Source: Antedon mediterranea
Taxonomy: Eukaryota; Animalia; Echinodermata
DNA length: 64,000 bases
Direction of reading: 5' to 3'
NCBI RefSeq assembly: GCF_964355755.1
Contig: NC_092677.1
Coordinates: 14,282,101 to 14,346,100, forward strand
The notes beneath the pieces were generated by a model, which did not search any database, had not been told where the DNA came from, and was given only the letters and a program-made list of their open reading frames with translations. The position numbers and the translations under genes were made by a program. Positions 11,401 through 26,500 of this stretch are shown in pieces; the first letter of the stretch is position 1; each line of letters starts with the position of its first letter.

Positions 11401-14400
11401 ATTGATAAGAAAGCGTTAATGTTAGCAGCAATATTAAACTGTTGATTCACATTGTGACCTAAAATTGATATCTTTACACAGAAATGTAAATTTTAATGCA
11501 TGTATATGCAGTCACTTACACCTAATTTGTTATTGTTTGATTATTTTAATGAATTATGAATTTTAATGCAATATTGAAAAGAGGATTATTATTATTATAT
11601 ATTAGTTTCCTTTGGGATAGTCAATGGAGTATATTAACCACAGTATACTCATTTCTCTACGAACAATTAGAACTACAGTTGAAAAAAACATCTTCATTTA
11701 TGTAAATTGAAAGGCTAAAAAATGTCCTTATTTTGCACAGTTATACAAAGTATGAACTTTGAATTTAATTATTTAAAAAATACATTTTAAAATTGGTGTA
11801 TTGTGTTCTTCCTCAACCTATAGTTTGTACTTGCAATTTTCTAAATTATAAATCTTGCCATAAATTTCATTTTTTCAAATGCAGTGATTTTGGTGCATGT
11901 TTTTCATTTTAATTGTTTCCATTTTTCATTGTTTGCCATAAAAGTTTCCCAAGTTTGTGTTGAGCTTGAGAACTTGACTGTCACAATGTACCATTTGATA
12001 TGTGATTCTCATATTAAACTACTGAAAAAGGTAGTTATGGTAAAATTCTATTGTTTTAATATATTGTCAGCTTTTCTGTTTTCATTTTTAAAATGCTAAT
12101 TTCAGCCCTTCACAAAATTATAATTATAATCATCTTATCATTGAGTTTTGATACAGTATTTTATATTCATCAAGTGCATTGAAGACATAGGTAGAATAAA
12201 GTTCAATGATTTACAATAATTGTCATTAATTAAGCTAAATGAAATCTTTATCCATAAAATGATGGAGGTAAAAACATAGTATTATATTACTATAGACAGT
12301 TACTAGAAAGGCATTATTCAAAATGGCCACTGTATCTATTCCATAATCAAACTAGCCTATGTAATTGGCCCATAATAATTCCTCCATGAATGTGATTGGC
12401 CAATTGAGTATTCAGTCACATGATTGGCTTGCTGTTTCTCTGATTATTTTGCAGTTGGTTTAAAATCATAAAAACATAAATTTGGCACATAACGTAGATA
12501 CTGTAGATAGATGTTATTACATTTTTGTCGTAACAAATTACTTGTTATCAAGTGTGTGAGGAAAAGTTTTGTTATGTTTTATGTACTGTAATAAATTAGT
12601 TTTACGTTTTTATACTTTCCTATGGGAAATTGTTGAATCAACTGGAAAATACCAGTGTAGAGAAGTGGAAAATGTACTATACTATTGTAATTTTATTTAT
12701 TACGCCTAAATATTAAATAGCATAGCGATTATACAAAACATGTGTTGTGGTTAATACTGTATACACTTTTTATATTACACTTATACAACATTGTGGTTTC
12801 CACATACAGACAGGCATATTCTTAGGTAAAAAGCAGATACTGTACGTCAGCGTTCCACAACTGTTTTTGCCGCGACCCCATGATCCTATTTTGGGAATTC
12901 TCGCGACCCAACATTGTGTATTTGAGCTTACAGCAGATTTTACAGACTGCAAACAATTTAAATGAAGACCAAGCTAAACACTTCTCAATACACCAAGCTT
13001 TTAAAGCTGTCTACACTATCAAACTTTGTGACAAAAAATGTGATCTGACCATATATGGACATGATGATGTCATATCACTACCATATTAGGTAACATCACA
13101 CTTTTTTTGTCAAAAGAGTTTGATAGTTTAGACAGCTTAAAAAACTATTTAACCAGACAGTGACTTAATAATGATGTAAAACACTAAAAGAAATTGCAAG
13201 GAATGGAAGTCAACTAAAAATCCTCGTTAGAAGAGCAGCTGAAGCGGAGATTTCTGAGGACTTCTCTGAGGAACAGCCTTAAGTCATACAGACAGATAGT
13301 GTCACTACTCAATATGGTTGTTAAACTATTGTTTTATGGTTGTTAAAATATTGTTTAAAACAAGCAAATCTCTGAAAAAAGATATTGAAAATGAACAAAA
13401 ATATATGAACTCTGAATAATGTTGATGATTATTGTAATCTACGAATTCATTTTCTCACAAATTCTGATATTTCTTTTTGCATTTGACAACACTCATAAGG
13501 AAAATAGTTTACATGGCCATGACTAGATTAAACTTAAGTTTATAACTCTCTGGTCAGACCATTGAGAAATAACTTATCTCTCAATGGTCTGACCAAGGAG
13601 AAATAATTTATGGAACATGGTCAAATAATCATTTGGTCAGTCTAATTACCGATAAACACCAAAAACAATAAAATATTGTTTTTGGTTGTTTCAGGTAGTT
13701 TTCGGTAATTAGACAGACCCCAGTGGTCTGGCCCATTTTATAATAATGGAAACACCAACCCCAAATCATCAGTAACCCTTTCAAAATATATCTGTTACGA
13801 TATTTAAATGACAATAACTTGAGTAAAACATGACAACATTCTTTCATATTTTTGATTTAAATTTATTTATCCACACTAGGAATATAATGTATCTACAGAA
13901 TCTTATGTAAAAAATAATAAGGGATGTGCCAAGTGCTGTGGTACAAAGGTTTTTAACAATAATTAAGATAATATAAGTGACAATGCACCATAATTTGTTC
14001 ATGTTTTCCTAAGGACAATACAACAATATATACATAATCTATTTTATAAATTTTAATCAGAATTAATTAATTTTTAATATCAAAACACTATAACCTTCTG
14101 CTTTAATACAGTCTCAAAATATTCATTTCTAAATAATAATTTGTTCAATATTGTGATGCAAGAAATTAATTTTTAAATTAATTAAACCATGGAGGAAAAA
14201 ATATTTATTTTGTTCAAACTATATGAGCATCTAATATTCTATAATAACGTAAACTATTGAAAAAATAACCTTAATTTTTTTTCAGTTGAAAGTGAAGCCT
14301 ATCACGAATATAAACAGCAAAATGTAAAAGTTATGTATATTTTTTGGCAGTTCCATTGCAGATCTGTATGGATGTATGATACATATTTTGGCAAGCAACA

Positions 14401-15181
14401 AAAATGTTTATTGAATATTATCTAACATTAGGAGAAAATAATGTACATACAAATACAGGTCTCTCTCTAATTAAAGACCCTCCAATCAGCTACCAAAGTT
14501 ACTAAAGACCACTAAAACCAGGGTGCCAAAAGTGGTCTTTAATTGGAGGGAAACATGTAATATGAAGAGACATTTAAGTTTTACATAAATACTATTAATG
14601 CATCATTGTAGGAGATAAAAGATTTGTGCTGTAAAAAGTCTATGTAAACTATACTGTGCCAACTATTCACCTTTATAACAACATGGCTGTGTGACAGATT
14701 CTTTAAATTGTCCTATCACATCTACTGCACCATTAATTTACATAACAAACATTCAATATATGATTACGGAAAACTATAATACATTGAATAAAACTATCAT
14801 TAGTTGGAAACAATATGAATACACTGTACAACACACCACTGTTGTTTCCAAACAATGGATGTACACAGCACAAGATACAAATAAAGGTCACATTAATAAC
14901 AAGGTGGGAGACTAGCCCATTCTCGGTGTACATTATGTATTGTCCAATGTCCAGTATCATAGGCAAATTCTGTAATATCTGTCACATGTGACACCTATGA
15001 CATAAGCCATTGAACTTAATACATAATACAGGCACCACATGTGATACATATGTGACACTGTATTTACTGTGTGGAGATACAGTACAGAGAATTGAGAAAT
15101 GGGAAACAACAAAATATTGACAGTACAGTATAAAATATACACATCTTTGTCCAGAGTAATAAAAGGGTACATACTGTACTG

Positions 15182-16694
15182 TAATAATAATAATAATAAA
15201 TAACATTTATAAAGCGCAAGAGACAAAGGTTTCAAAGCGCTGTGTTTTCCAAGATCAGTGCAAGTAGTAGCGTGCGATTATGCTTCTCTGAAGAGATGAG
15301 TTTTGAGTTTAGTTTTAAATGTGATAACAGATTTTGATGAGCGTATTTCGAGTGGTAGAGTGTTCCAGAGTTTTGGGGCTGCGACAGCGAAAGCACGATC
15401 ACCGTAAAACCGAGTTCTGGAACGGGGTCCAGGTTTTAGAAGAAGTCTGCTGGATGAACGAAGCGAAGAGTTGGTTGACGGAGTAATGATGTCACATATG
15501 TAGGCTGGAGCACATCCGTTGATGGCCTTATATGTCAGCAACAGGATTTTAAAACGAATGCGCTGATCAACAGGCAACCAGTGTAAGTCACGTAAAACGG
15601 GAGAAATATGTTCATGTCGTTTAGTGCCAGTGATAAGTCTTGCGGCGGAATTTTGGATTCGTTGAAGAGGAGACAGATAAGAAGTTGGTAGGCCGTACAG
15701 AAGCGAGTTATTACAGTCCAGACGAGATGAAACAAAAGCATGAACAAGACGTTCAGTTGATGTTTTGTCAAGGTACTTACGAATCTGGCCGATCTGGTAA
15801 ATTCCAAAGGAAGCACCACGGCAAACATAACGAATGTGTTCTTTTAAACCGAGGCTGTTGTCTAGTTGGACGCCTAGATTTCTGGCTGAGCTGGAGGTAG
15901 AGACACTAGTATCTCCGATATGGACCAAAGGAAATGATGATGCCTCACGGAACTTTGAATGAAAATGGATCATTTCAGTCTTGGAGTCGTTGAGCATGAG
16001 TTTATTTTGAATGGCCCATGAGCGAACATCTGCAATGCATGATTCAAGGCTGTTAACAGATTCAGAGTGATGTGTAGGTTTCATGATTAAATATAGTTGA
16101 GTGTCATCTGCATAGATCATATGACGAACTTCCGGGTGGGAATCAATGATGTTGCTGAGTGGTCCAGTGTATAAGATGAAATCGAGTGGACCTTTTACGG
16201 ATCCCTGTGGTACACCCCAGGGTAGAGCGAACTCATCAGACATCGAATCACCCACAATGATTGCTTGTCTACGATTCTCAAAATATGAAATAAACCATTT
16301 CAATGCGGTTCCGCTTATGCCGTATCTTTTATGAAGACGTTGAAATAATAAATCATGATTGATAGTGTCAAATGCTGCGGAGTAGTCGAGTAGAATAAGT
16401 ACCGCTTCATTACCTTTGTCTAAAGCAAGTAGTAGATCGTTTGTAACACGTAATAAAGCGGTTTCAGTTGAGTGGAAGCGGCGGTAGGCTGATTGGACTT
16501 TTGAAAACAGGAAATGTTCATCCATATATGCTTTTATCTGAGCAGTTGCAATTCTTTCCAAGACTTTGAAAAGGAAGGGAAGATTTGCTATTGGTCTATA
16601 ATTTTGTAGGACGTTGGAGTCGAGATTTTGCTTTTTCAACAGTGGCATAACGAGGGACAATTTAAATGCAGATGGTACAGTACCTGATGACAGT
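15182..16694 (-). mobile_element. 5'-truncated non-LTR retrotransposon (L2/CR1 group) with intact RT reading frame
   Basis: ORF 15278-16660 has NYRPIANLPFL, QSAYR..HSTETALL, LLDYSAAFDTINH, GVPQGSVKGP, YADDTQLY and LHWLPV. It is followed by a short 3' UTR stem-loop (GCGCTTTGA...TTGCGCTTTATAAATG) and a (TTA)n tail. No endonuclease domain or ORF1. Confidence 0.95.
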
Positions 16695-18190
16695 CCTACA
16701 CCCCTATTTAATATTTTGTATGTATAATTGATAAACTTTGAAATTCAGAGCCGGATACAGTACCATAATGATGTGGTAAAATACAGACTTCCTATAGAAA
16801 AGATTGTACCGTATATGACCTAGAAAATCCCATGTGATCGAGTAAAAATCCCACCACTAATTTAGGTATTATCCCACCCTTAATTTAAGTCAACTTCACC
16901 ATTAAAGGGAAATCCAAATGTAACCCCATCATTAATGTTTGCCAAATTCTTTGTTCTATAGACTACAATATTATGAAATACATACAGTACCTACATTAGT
17001 TACACAATTATATTTAATTTGATACGAGATATAATATATTTGTGATTTTGTATTGATACAAGTATATCAAGATGCTCACAGTATTATACTTTACTTTAAA
17101 AAATAAGCACCACTACTAAAGTGCACTAAAACATATAAAAACAACTTGTTTTCGATCAAGGTTTAAAAGACTATAAAACTATTTGCCAATACTGCTATAA
17201 CTACTGTACTACTGTTTGTATAAAAGTTGTCTGGAGTCACTAACCTTTGACCTTAGAACGTATTAAAGTTGCTGTCGCTTTATTCTTCTCCCACTATGGA
17301 CTATTCTTGATATATTTGACTAGCATTTTAGGAGCAAATATATTTGCCATGGTTATACACAGAAAGAGTGTTATTTATATAATTTAGGGTGCCTAAAAAA
17401 TTGGCACCTTGTTTAAAAAAAAAACTATTTATATTATAAAATAAAGATTTATAGACACATTTTTAATTAAATTGTTTTTTAAATCACTGTAAAAAAGGCC
17501 TGTAATAAAAAGATCAGTAAAAATCAAATGTTTATAGAAATAAACGTTTAAATAACTAATTATTGTACAATGTTTATCAATAGTTTATCTATTTTTTAGC
17601 AATTTAAATTGGAAAAAATGTCCAGTAATGATATCAAAATGTTGTTGTTTCACGGTAAAATGCATGGCGGTATAAAATTGTTACTGTATATCTTCATGGT
17701 ACATTACACTATTCTGACATGATATTCATAAAGTCATAAATTTTCTTTTTTTTGATCCATATAAATGGATTTGACTTCTAGTGCATACCTATTATACTAA
17801 ACTGCATTTTCAGCAGCTGAAATATTTGACATTCTACAGTATACCACCTGGCAGCTGAACAGATCATACACAAATACAACCAGTTGCGAAGTCATGAATC
17901 CCAGAAAAAAAAGAGACATGAAACAGCAGTTACCAGAAGGTAGCAACTATACTCTCTACTATACTGTGGTTGAATAAAAGTATTTTATACCTCAATGGTC
18001 TGTTGATGATATGCTACATTAAATTACTGTAAGGCTCTGTCTACACTATCAAACTTTATGTGACAAAAAAATGTGATGTCATATCACTACCATATTTAAG
18101 CATATCACTACCTTATTTGGGGACATCAAACTAGTTTTATAGTGTAGACAGAGCTCAAAGATATAAACATATTAGAACTCCTTAATTAAT

Positions 18191-21100
18191 CTATACATTG
18201 TACATGTATATCTCTTCTTTACCAATATGATTTCTAGGCGTGGCAAGAGGGTTAAACCAGTGTATTGACATTGGGCTTCCAAATACGGCCTTCATTCCCA
18301 AACAACGAGTTTTCTTTTCCCATCTTGCCTTCTCTCTCTTCAGCTGCTCAATACCCTGCAATACAAGAGTAGTACAGTGTTTATATTCAGCGTCACAGTC
18401 TCACCATCCTCTTCCCTCTTTGGTGGTGGTCAAATGTAGTTCAAAACCATCCCAGTATAATTTCCATACTCCGTTACGCACCCCAAACCCCAAAATAACC
18501 CTCAACCCATCCCTAGTGTGGGATCAGTTAGTGTAAATACTTCCCAGTACAATTCTCATTATTTTTATTTTGATACTCCATTACTCACCCCCCCCCCCCC
18601 TAACAAAAACAAGCACGAATTTGCGATAGTCGGGGTACCGCAAAAAAAAGCTATAATGACGTCATAAGACCGGATGTAACGTCACATATACATTAATAAC
18701 CTCGCTACTAAATACGGCTATACAGTACCATTTTCGAGACGTGATATGGCTGCATCCGGTTTGAAATTTAAAAATCCGGCTCTATAGCTTTGAGGACATG
18801 TCCCTGTAGTATATTCATGCCAAATCCCAACTCAATACTACAACGAATAAGGGAGGAGTAGTACAAATCTTTAAAAAAGATGAGTACTAGACTTGGGTAC
18901 CCCAAATAAAAACCCCTCAAGCCATCGCCGGTGTCGATTCTCATGTAGTTTAAAACCTTCCCAGTACAATTCCGGTCATGTTGATACTCCTAATCTAAAA
19001 CAGACATTTTAACTCTAAGCGGGTTAATTTTTTCCTTAACATCTTAATTTATAATTTAATGAATACATAATAAGTAACAACAATGAAGAACTTAATAGAT
19101 ATAAAATATTAATGATTCTTACCGTTTCATCAGTGCAAATTGCATGAAGTTGAGTGCTAAACATTATAATTGTGAAAATGCCAAAGAGTAACGATTCAAA
19201 TCCCAAAACGATAAGGAAGACAGTGGTAGATGCTGGAGAAATTGTAGAACAAGTGGGCACTATAAAAAAAAATAATTAAAATTCATAATCAATCATTTTT
19301 CTATTGCTCCATTGCAAAAATCTCCCACATTAAGTTTCTTTAAACACATTTAAAACACTCATTCTTGAAATTTATATCAATAGAAATAGTTTTAGATAAA
19401 TATGTATTGTCTCCCAAAAACATGAAAAATGAAGCTGAATAAAATCAATCTTTGAAAGGCCATTTTGTAGTTCTGCAGTAAAAAATATGTTTTCACTTGA
19501 CAAAATAAACGGTTAAATGCAACAAAAAACCATTGCCTCTGGAAGCCAATTTCACAATTGTTTGCTTTTCGATTCAGTGTTTGGTCAAACTGAATAACTA
19601 TTATGTGACATTAAAATTGCATATTACCTGCCCAATTTGCTCTAACACAAAGAACAAAATGTGTAACTGCCAGAGATATTGCATGAAGTGACATCAGAGC
19701 TATATATAACTACAAGAAAACAGGAAAATATAGTGTAGCAAGAAAATAGGAAAATATAGTGTAGGTGTAAACTAATAAAGAAACTTTTGTCATTGTTAAA
19801 TAAAAGTTGAGATACAGTATCACAAAAACACAGGCCTTTCAAGCCACAGCCAAGATTTTTACTGGGGTTCTTGTTTCCTTTAAAGGGGAAAGTGCAAGCG
19901 TAAGCAACTGAAAAATTTAATTTAGGCCTAGTCTAGTAGAAGTCTTCTGGCTAGGTATAAGATTGGACAATAAATTGTCAAGGGGTTCTTTCGAACGCTA
20001 AGAATCCCCCTGGCTATAGCCTTGCCTTTAAAAGCCTGACTGTTTTATTAAACCTGGCTTCACCTCAATATTCAATTTCAACTCGTCCATGAAAATATTC
20101 TGTGTTTAAAAAATTTACAAAACTACAGTATTTTAGAAGAGAAGACCACTTTTGAACCAGTTTTTTGTAGCTTAGTCCAGTGTTATACTTACTGTAAATA
20201 ATGCAAAATATTTTTGATTGTTTTCTCCAACACAGTTGTTAACCCAAGGGCAGTGATGGTCCATTTTTCTGTAATGTTAAAACAATTCAATTTAAAAGCA
20301 AACACAAAATCATAATTTAGAAAGGTTTAGATACCTGTTGATAATTTACTACAATTAAAACTACAGATTAAAAAATTGCTTATGTATAATAAGTATAATA
20401 GTGTGTTGACAAGTGTGACATCATAATGAAAGCCTTAATTAGAGTAGAGAACGGGCATCAACAAAATCATGATTGGTTGGTTAATTTGACTGGCTTGGCA
20501 TGGCATAGTGATGTGATTTAGGAAGCTGAGGGTTGAGTGTTTTTTTGAAAACATCATCTTCAGTACAAGGGTTAGGACACCTTTACTCAGCATTGTTTAC
20601 AGGGATATTTTTAAGGAGGTAATCTAAGGTACAGTATCTTGCGATTTTAAGGTTGAGATGAGGATCCGTCACAGTGCGGTTGAAACATGTTATCTATCAG
20701 CAAACTCTTAGACTTGGATCCCACTAGAGACACAACACAAGGACGTAACGCAACATAAGGGAATTGACCAATCACAAGCGATACATTATTTGAACTGTCG
20801 CTTGTCATTGGTTAACACATTGGTTGCGTTTATGTCCTTGCATTATGTCTTAGTAGTGGAAACCAATCTTTAGGCCTGGTTGGCAATGGTACTTACCGTA
20901 TACACCTTCTACAAATACTACAGTGGTGGGCTCTATCTGGCTTGATACAAATACATTTTGGACAGCGATACACAACTTGACCAATTTTTAAACCTAGATC
21001 ATTTAACTTTTCTCTCGTGGCATTGCCTAGAGGTACAGCACCCTGAAAAAAATCAATAAAAGTGACTCCATTGATAAATCATTAGGATAATAATTAAAGG

Positions 21101-22717
21101 TATGTACATTTATGGTGTATCTAGGCAAATCATAATTTAAATACTATATACTGTACAGGGAAAATCTAGAGTATCTATGCAAATCATATAAGTAGTATAT
21201 ATAGGGAAATTCCTAAATACAGACTAGTATCACATGTAACATCGATTTTGACTTTATTATTAAAATAAAGTAAAAATAAAAATGATACAGTATGTGACAA
21301 ACATGTCAGACTTTAAAAACAATATTACTAAGATACAGAACAAATATTAATATATTTTACAGTATGGAAAATTGTGTGTGTTCGATTGTATTTGTTTCAA
21401 ATTTGGACTTACCGGGTCTGTCATCATAGCTTTAAGATGTGATAAGAAAGCCATGATGGTGAAGAAGTTAAATATAATCATTTGCGATATACTATAAATA
21501 TTGAATCCAATTGGTAATAGAATGACATGCATCACAGCAAACTCTCCATAGAACATCAGCAGGTATGTAATCACTACACATACAATTCCACATGGATCCT
21601 GTAAAAAGCAATTTGTCTCTTCAGCATTGTCCGTCATATCATATATTAAAATCACAGTACATGGTAAAATAATTGATTTTGGAAATTTCATTTTTAACAA
21701 ACCACTTGAAACAAAAACATATGGTAACAGTTTTATAGTTTATTAATTATATTAATTATACAATTTTATTTTATAAGTATTATTTTTCCTTATTAATTCT
21801 CTTTACTTGCTTGATACTTGCTTGTTATGCACTTGTCAATTGCATGACCCACTATACGACCCCCGGGAGAGGTGCGTCATTTGTCCGATGTGCCATGCGT
21901 CATACCTTATGAATACCATGTGACCTACCTTTAGGTGACCATGACGCACCCATTTTGGCACACTGTGACCATGTTTTTTATGACATTTTTAGTGGTAAAG
22001 TGACGAACATTGACACACCATCGTTCATTGATGTGACGTACCTTCTAAGTTTTTTGACGCACCCCTGCGTCAGTAATTATTTGTAAATAACACACCCATG
22101 ACGCACCTCTCCCGGGGGTGGTATAGTGGGTCCTACAATTGACAAGTGCATTAATGGGTTGAAAACAAATTAAATACATTATATGACACTTTTTTTATAA
22201 TATTATTATAATGATAGGTCTACTAAAAGTAGAACAGATGTTACAGTATGTATGTAGGACTACAATTCTAAATACTGTAAGTGTATAGAAATAACAAAGT
22301 TTAACAGAATTTTATTAATTTTATATATTTAGTTTTTGAACTTTCGTAAAAATATAAAAGCGGAAAACTGCATAGCTTGTCCCACGTAGAATCTGTATCT
22401 ACTATCCTGAGCGGGAACTGCCCGTCCACTCCGTGTTGTATGTAAATGGTCATAATGAATAACAAGATTCTATATTTACCGCTCGTCTGTGTAAATTGGC
22501 CTTTACTGTGTTATTTCATTAAGTATTGTTTATATATTTATATATTTACCTGTACAAACCAGTTATCTCGAATTCCCAATTTCTTTGTAACTCCACAGCA
22601 ATTGCAGCACTGGTTAGTTCTTTTTTCGATCAACTTCTTGATAGTTGCACTTTCCACGTTTGCCAATTCATCCCTCTCTTCTGGATTTAGAGGTTGCAAC
22701 CGAAGTGCTGTATTCAT
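18191..22717 (-). CDS. ZDHHC3: Palmitoyltransferase ZDHHC3/ZDHHC7 ortholog, 319 aa
   Basis: Exons 22717-22550, 21598-21413, 21042-20897, 20268-20193, 19709-19628, 19259-19123, 18355-18191 (960 nt). Motifs [71 protein letters not shown]; C-terminus YMYNV. Confidence 0.95.
18605..18905. mobile_element. Dispersed repeat family (unclassified), copy 1
   Basis: About 300 bp (AACAAGCACGAAT..GACGTCATA..GGATGTAACGTCAC..GGACATGTCCCTGTAGTATATTCATGCCAAAT) matching 61480-61786 in inverted orientation. Confidence 0.8.
21828..22150. mobile_element. PIF/Harbinger-type MITE
   Basis: ~50-bp TIRs TGCACTTGTCAATTG..GACCCACTATAC.ACCCCCGGGAGAGGTGCGTCAT, with TTA target-site duplication at 21825-21827 and 22151-22153. 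Confidence 0.85.
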
Positions 22718-23579
22718 CTTTAACCTATTAGTACTAATTAGAAATTTACATAATTATTAATGCTTCAGTTAACATATATAGGCCTATACAATCCACAATT
22801 AGGCAGCGGATAGTAAACATAAAGGTACATGTTGCCACAAGACACAAAAGAGAAGGAAGGCAGAGTAGCACAATTTGAAATTGCGCAAATCATTCCAATC
22901 CCGCATATATAGGCCTAGGCCTACCCTATTTTAATTTTATCTGTAAAACACACAGTCGATTATTATGTCTAATATTTAGAAAACGTCGAATTAACCGGCT
23001 ATTTTATACAGTATTATGTACAGCAGCATTGGAAATATATGTTCCATTCTGTTTTTTAAAAATGTAATGGTACGAAACGACTTGGAAAATAGCACTGGGG
23101 TGGAAAAATAAAGTTTAGGTACCTGATCACTGGTGAATGATGAGGCCTGTGTCTGTGTTGTGAGAAGTGGGATGGGCAAAAGAAATTAGTGTTTGCTTTA
23201 TCATTACCCTTTTATTATAACCTAAAATGAATTTATCTTTTTTATCAGGAATTGTATATAGGACAAATAAACTTAATATTATATTCAACAACATTACTTA
23301 CCGTGAAACAAGTAAAAACTATCTGTTTAAGTCCTACAAAACATCGGATTATGATTTTTCAATGATCTCACTCCCGGATAATTGCTACCACCCAAGAGTA
23401 GAAATTTGCAGTCCGCAACGATCAACAATATAATATTCTCCTATCGTCTCACGTTTTCTCATCGGTCTCAAACGTTGTTTACACATGGTTTGTGTTTAGA
23501 GATCATTCTTCAATTTATATTGCTGATTTATTTGTGTAAAATGTCAAATTTAAATTAGTTGTAATATATTTAATATAAA
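22718..23579. promoter_or_regulatory. Bidirectional promoter and 5' UTR region of ZDHHC3/EXOSC7
   Basis: Start codons are divergent and ~860 bp apart; a minus-strand donor ACG|GTAAGT near 23300 suggests a non-coding ZDHHC3 exon. Confidence 0.65.
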
Positions 23580-26500
23580 ATGGCATCCATATCGTTAAGT
23601 GAAGCTGAAAAGACATTTATAATCCATGGTATACAGGTATGCCACAACATTTATGCTAGGCTATCTGCTCCGCAATTTCATTTGTTTCTCGCATCAGCAG
23701 ATATACCGGGAGAAACGTCTGGTATGCGCTGCCTAATTGTTGATGGTGTAGGCCTAGCTATAATCAGTATTATTAAATGTAACAATGAATATATCTCTAG
23801 TCTAGGCCAAGTTCTAGTACTCCCCATTTGAATAAAATGATCTCCTAATTTATACCTTATTTATTATTAACCACCTCCCCCCCCCCCCCAACCCTTCTTA
23901 ACAGTTGTGGGCGGGGGGGGGGGGGGGAGGTTTTTTAGTATTGACTATTAAAATATTATTGCGGCAAAAACTCAGATGTGATTCTCACAATTAAAAAGGT
24001 TGTAAAACAGGAACCTATATAAACAGCAATTAAATCCTTATCTTTTTTTTTTCTTTTAAATTTCTATTTAAAATGTAGGATGATTTACGTTCTGATGGCC
24101 GAGAATGCGAAACCTACAGATTAATAGAGGTCGAATGTGGTCTTGTATCCAACTGCAGTGGGTCTGCTAGACTCAAGCTTTCAAACACTGACATTCTTGT
24201 AGGAATTAAAGCTGAGATGGGAACTCCTAAAACCAACCTACCTGATGAGGGTTATTTAGAGTTTTTCGTTGACTGTTCTGCAACAGCTTCTCCAAAATTT
24301 GATGGAAGAGGAGGAGAGGACCTGGCTTCAGAGATTGCTACTACCATGGCAAGGATGTATGGTAGTACTAAGACTTTGAACCTTAAGGACTTGTGTATTT
24401 TGTCTGGAGAATGCTGCTGGGTCTTGTACATTGATGTAGTGGTACTAGAATGTGGGGGTAACTTATTTGATGCGGTTTCACTGGGAATTAAAGCAGCCCT
24501 AGCTGATGCAAGGTGGGACTGTCATTAACTTGATAAAACTTTGAATTACTAAATTCTCAATTAACATTTCTTAATTAACATTTCTTTTTATAATGTAAAT
24601 GAAAATGTATGAAAAAATAACCTGTTTAGCAGAATCACTGCGTTGATACAGCTTTCATCTCCCCTAGGGGGCCCCTCTGTGTCGAACAGCCATCAAACAG
24701 CGCTAATTTGTCTGTCCACAATGAACTATGGTCGAGAACAACCTCGAACCTTTGTCAATTTTATCATGGTATGCTGTAATTTGTTTAATACTAAATCAAT
24801 CAAACCTTTACATTACCCATGTATGTTGTGTACAACAATTTGGAATTTTTGTTTACCATATTTAATGAGGGTGATCCATCCAGCAATTGCTGATTATTAG
24901 GGAGGACCCTCAGAAATTTACAAGACAAACATATACACAAGATGCTCTACATAAACAAAGTCTTAGTCTTTGGGAGTGGAGTTGTAATTTTGTCCCTAGA
25001 AAAAATCCTGACAATTGATGGGGGACCCTTGGAGTAGTAGCCAAGCATCATAACCACAAAGCCACAACTCCACTCTGTGCAGAAAAAAATCAAAGCATTT
25101 ATTACACACCACCAGTGGCATAATTGCTATGAATGCTCACTGACTAAATTCAGAGATTAAAGGGCATGAGCAACCACAATGCAACTACTCAGCATTGGAT
25201 AGTGGCCCCTTAGAATTTCCCTTGACCCCTACAGTACATTCTGCCACTGCACACCACCCGACCAATAGTTGTGAAATCTAGGTTAATTTCTTCAAATAAA
25301 TTGTTCAGAGTGACAAGTTATCTTCCATGTATAATTTGTTCTAAATATTAATTACTTAATATTATAAAACGGCCCTTTTGGTTAGAATTCCCAAGGTGAC
25401 TGTGCAGATGGACGATGAAGGAAACCAGGAGATGGATGTATCTGAAGATCCAGATGACTGCTACAGATTTCAAACAGATATGGTGCCACTACTGGTGACA
25501 ATAAACAAGGTACAGTATCATAAGTTCACAAAGAAACAAAAAATCATCATATGCTTGATTGAATTGAAATATATATATTTATACTGGGTAACCTCTTCAG
25601 TCAAAGACTGCTCTCCCAGAGGGCCCAGTTGGTGATCAGTGGCTGTGTAGTACTAATACACCGGGGTAACCCCCTACTCGTCTCGAAAGATGTACTAGGT
25701 TCTTTAAAGTGCACACGAGCTAGATGTGTACACTGGACCTACGGTTTATAGTCCATATCCGAGAAGACTCGTTCTACCACCAGAACCATGGAGTGAGTGA
25801 GCCTCGAACCCCTGCTGATGTTATGGCTACGTAATTACGGTTCCACTGTTTCAACCGCTCGGCCACTCACTCACTCATATGCATATGCTTTTGTCTAGTG
25901 ATTCTTCATGTCTACAGTGTGATATTTTTTTTCAACTCAACTTCTAAATACTTTTTACTATGGATTGATGACTATTAATGTAGGACAACGATAAAAGGTG
26001 CTATTAGAAAGAAGTCAATCCTATCTTCAGAAAAAGGTTGATGTTCTATTTCTACTCACCAGATGTTAAATCCATTAGTAATAGTTTGAAAAAGCAAATG
26101 TGACCGAGTGTGTGCAACTTTACAGTATGCTTACAGATACTGTACAAGAACAATTTAACAGTTCACAAGGGAACAGGCTTTGCCATTATCTGGAAGGAGG
26201 CAATGCGATGTAGTTTGTGTACATACCTTTTCCCATGTGACAAATAAGATCATGTTTCGTAAATCAAAACAGCTTATAATTTGGGACGAGGAAGGCATCC
26301 CAGGAGCAGTATTTCACTTCTCCGTGTAGGCACTTGGACAAACTCCCTATTATCATTTTATCTGATCCGTTGAGGCTACACATAACATCTTATTTTATTC
26401 CATGCTTTTTATAATTAGGTAAATCAAAAACATATAATAGATGCAACAATAAAAGAGGAGGCATGTAGTCTAGCCTGTGTAATAATGAGTGTGATGCCGA

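Noticed and set aside
23875-23930. C-run / G-run pair in EXOSC7 intron 1 as a functional G-quadruplex or hairpin
   Set aside because: Such homopolymers recur as low-complexity sequence elsewhere (18588-18600, 61968-61979); nothing supports a function.
25790-25876. tRNA gene
   Set aside because: A and B boxes are present but there is no clean cloverleaf, and the sequence continues into a repeated body, so it is a SINE head.
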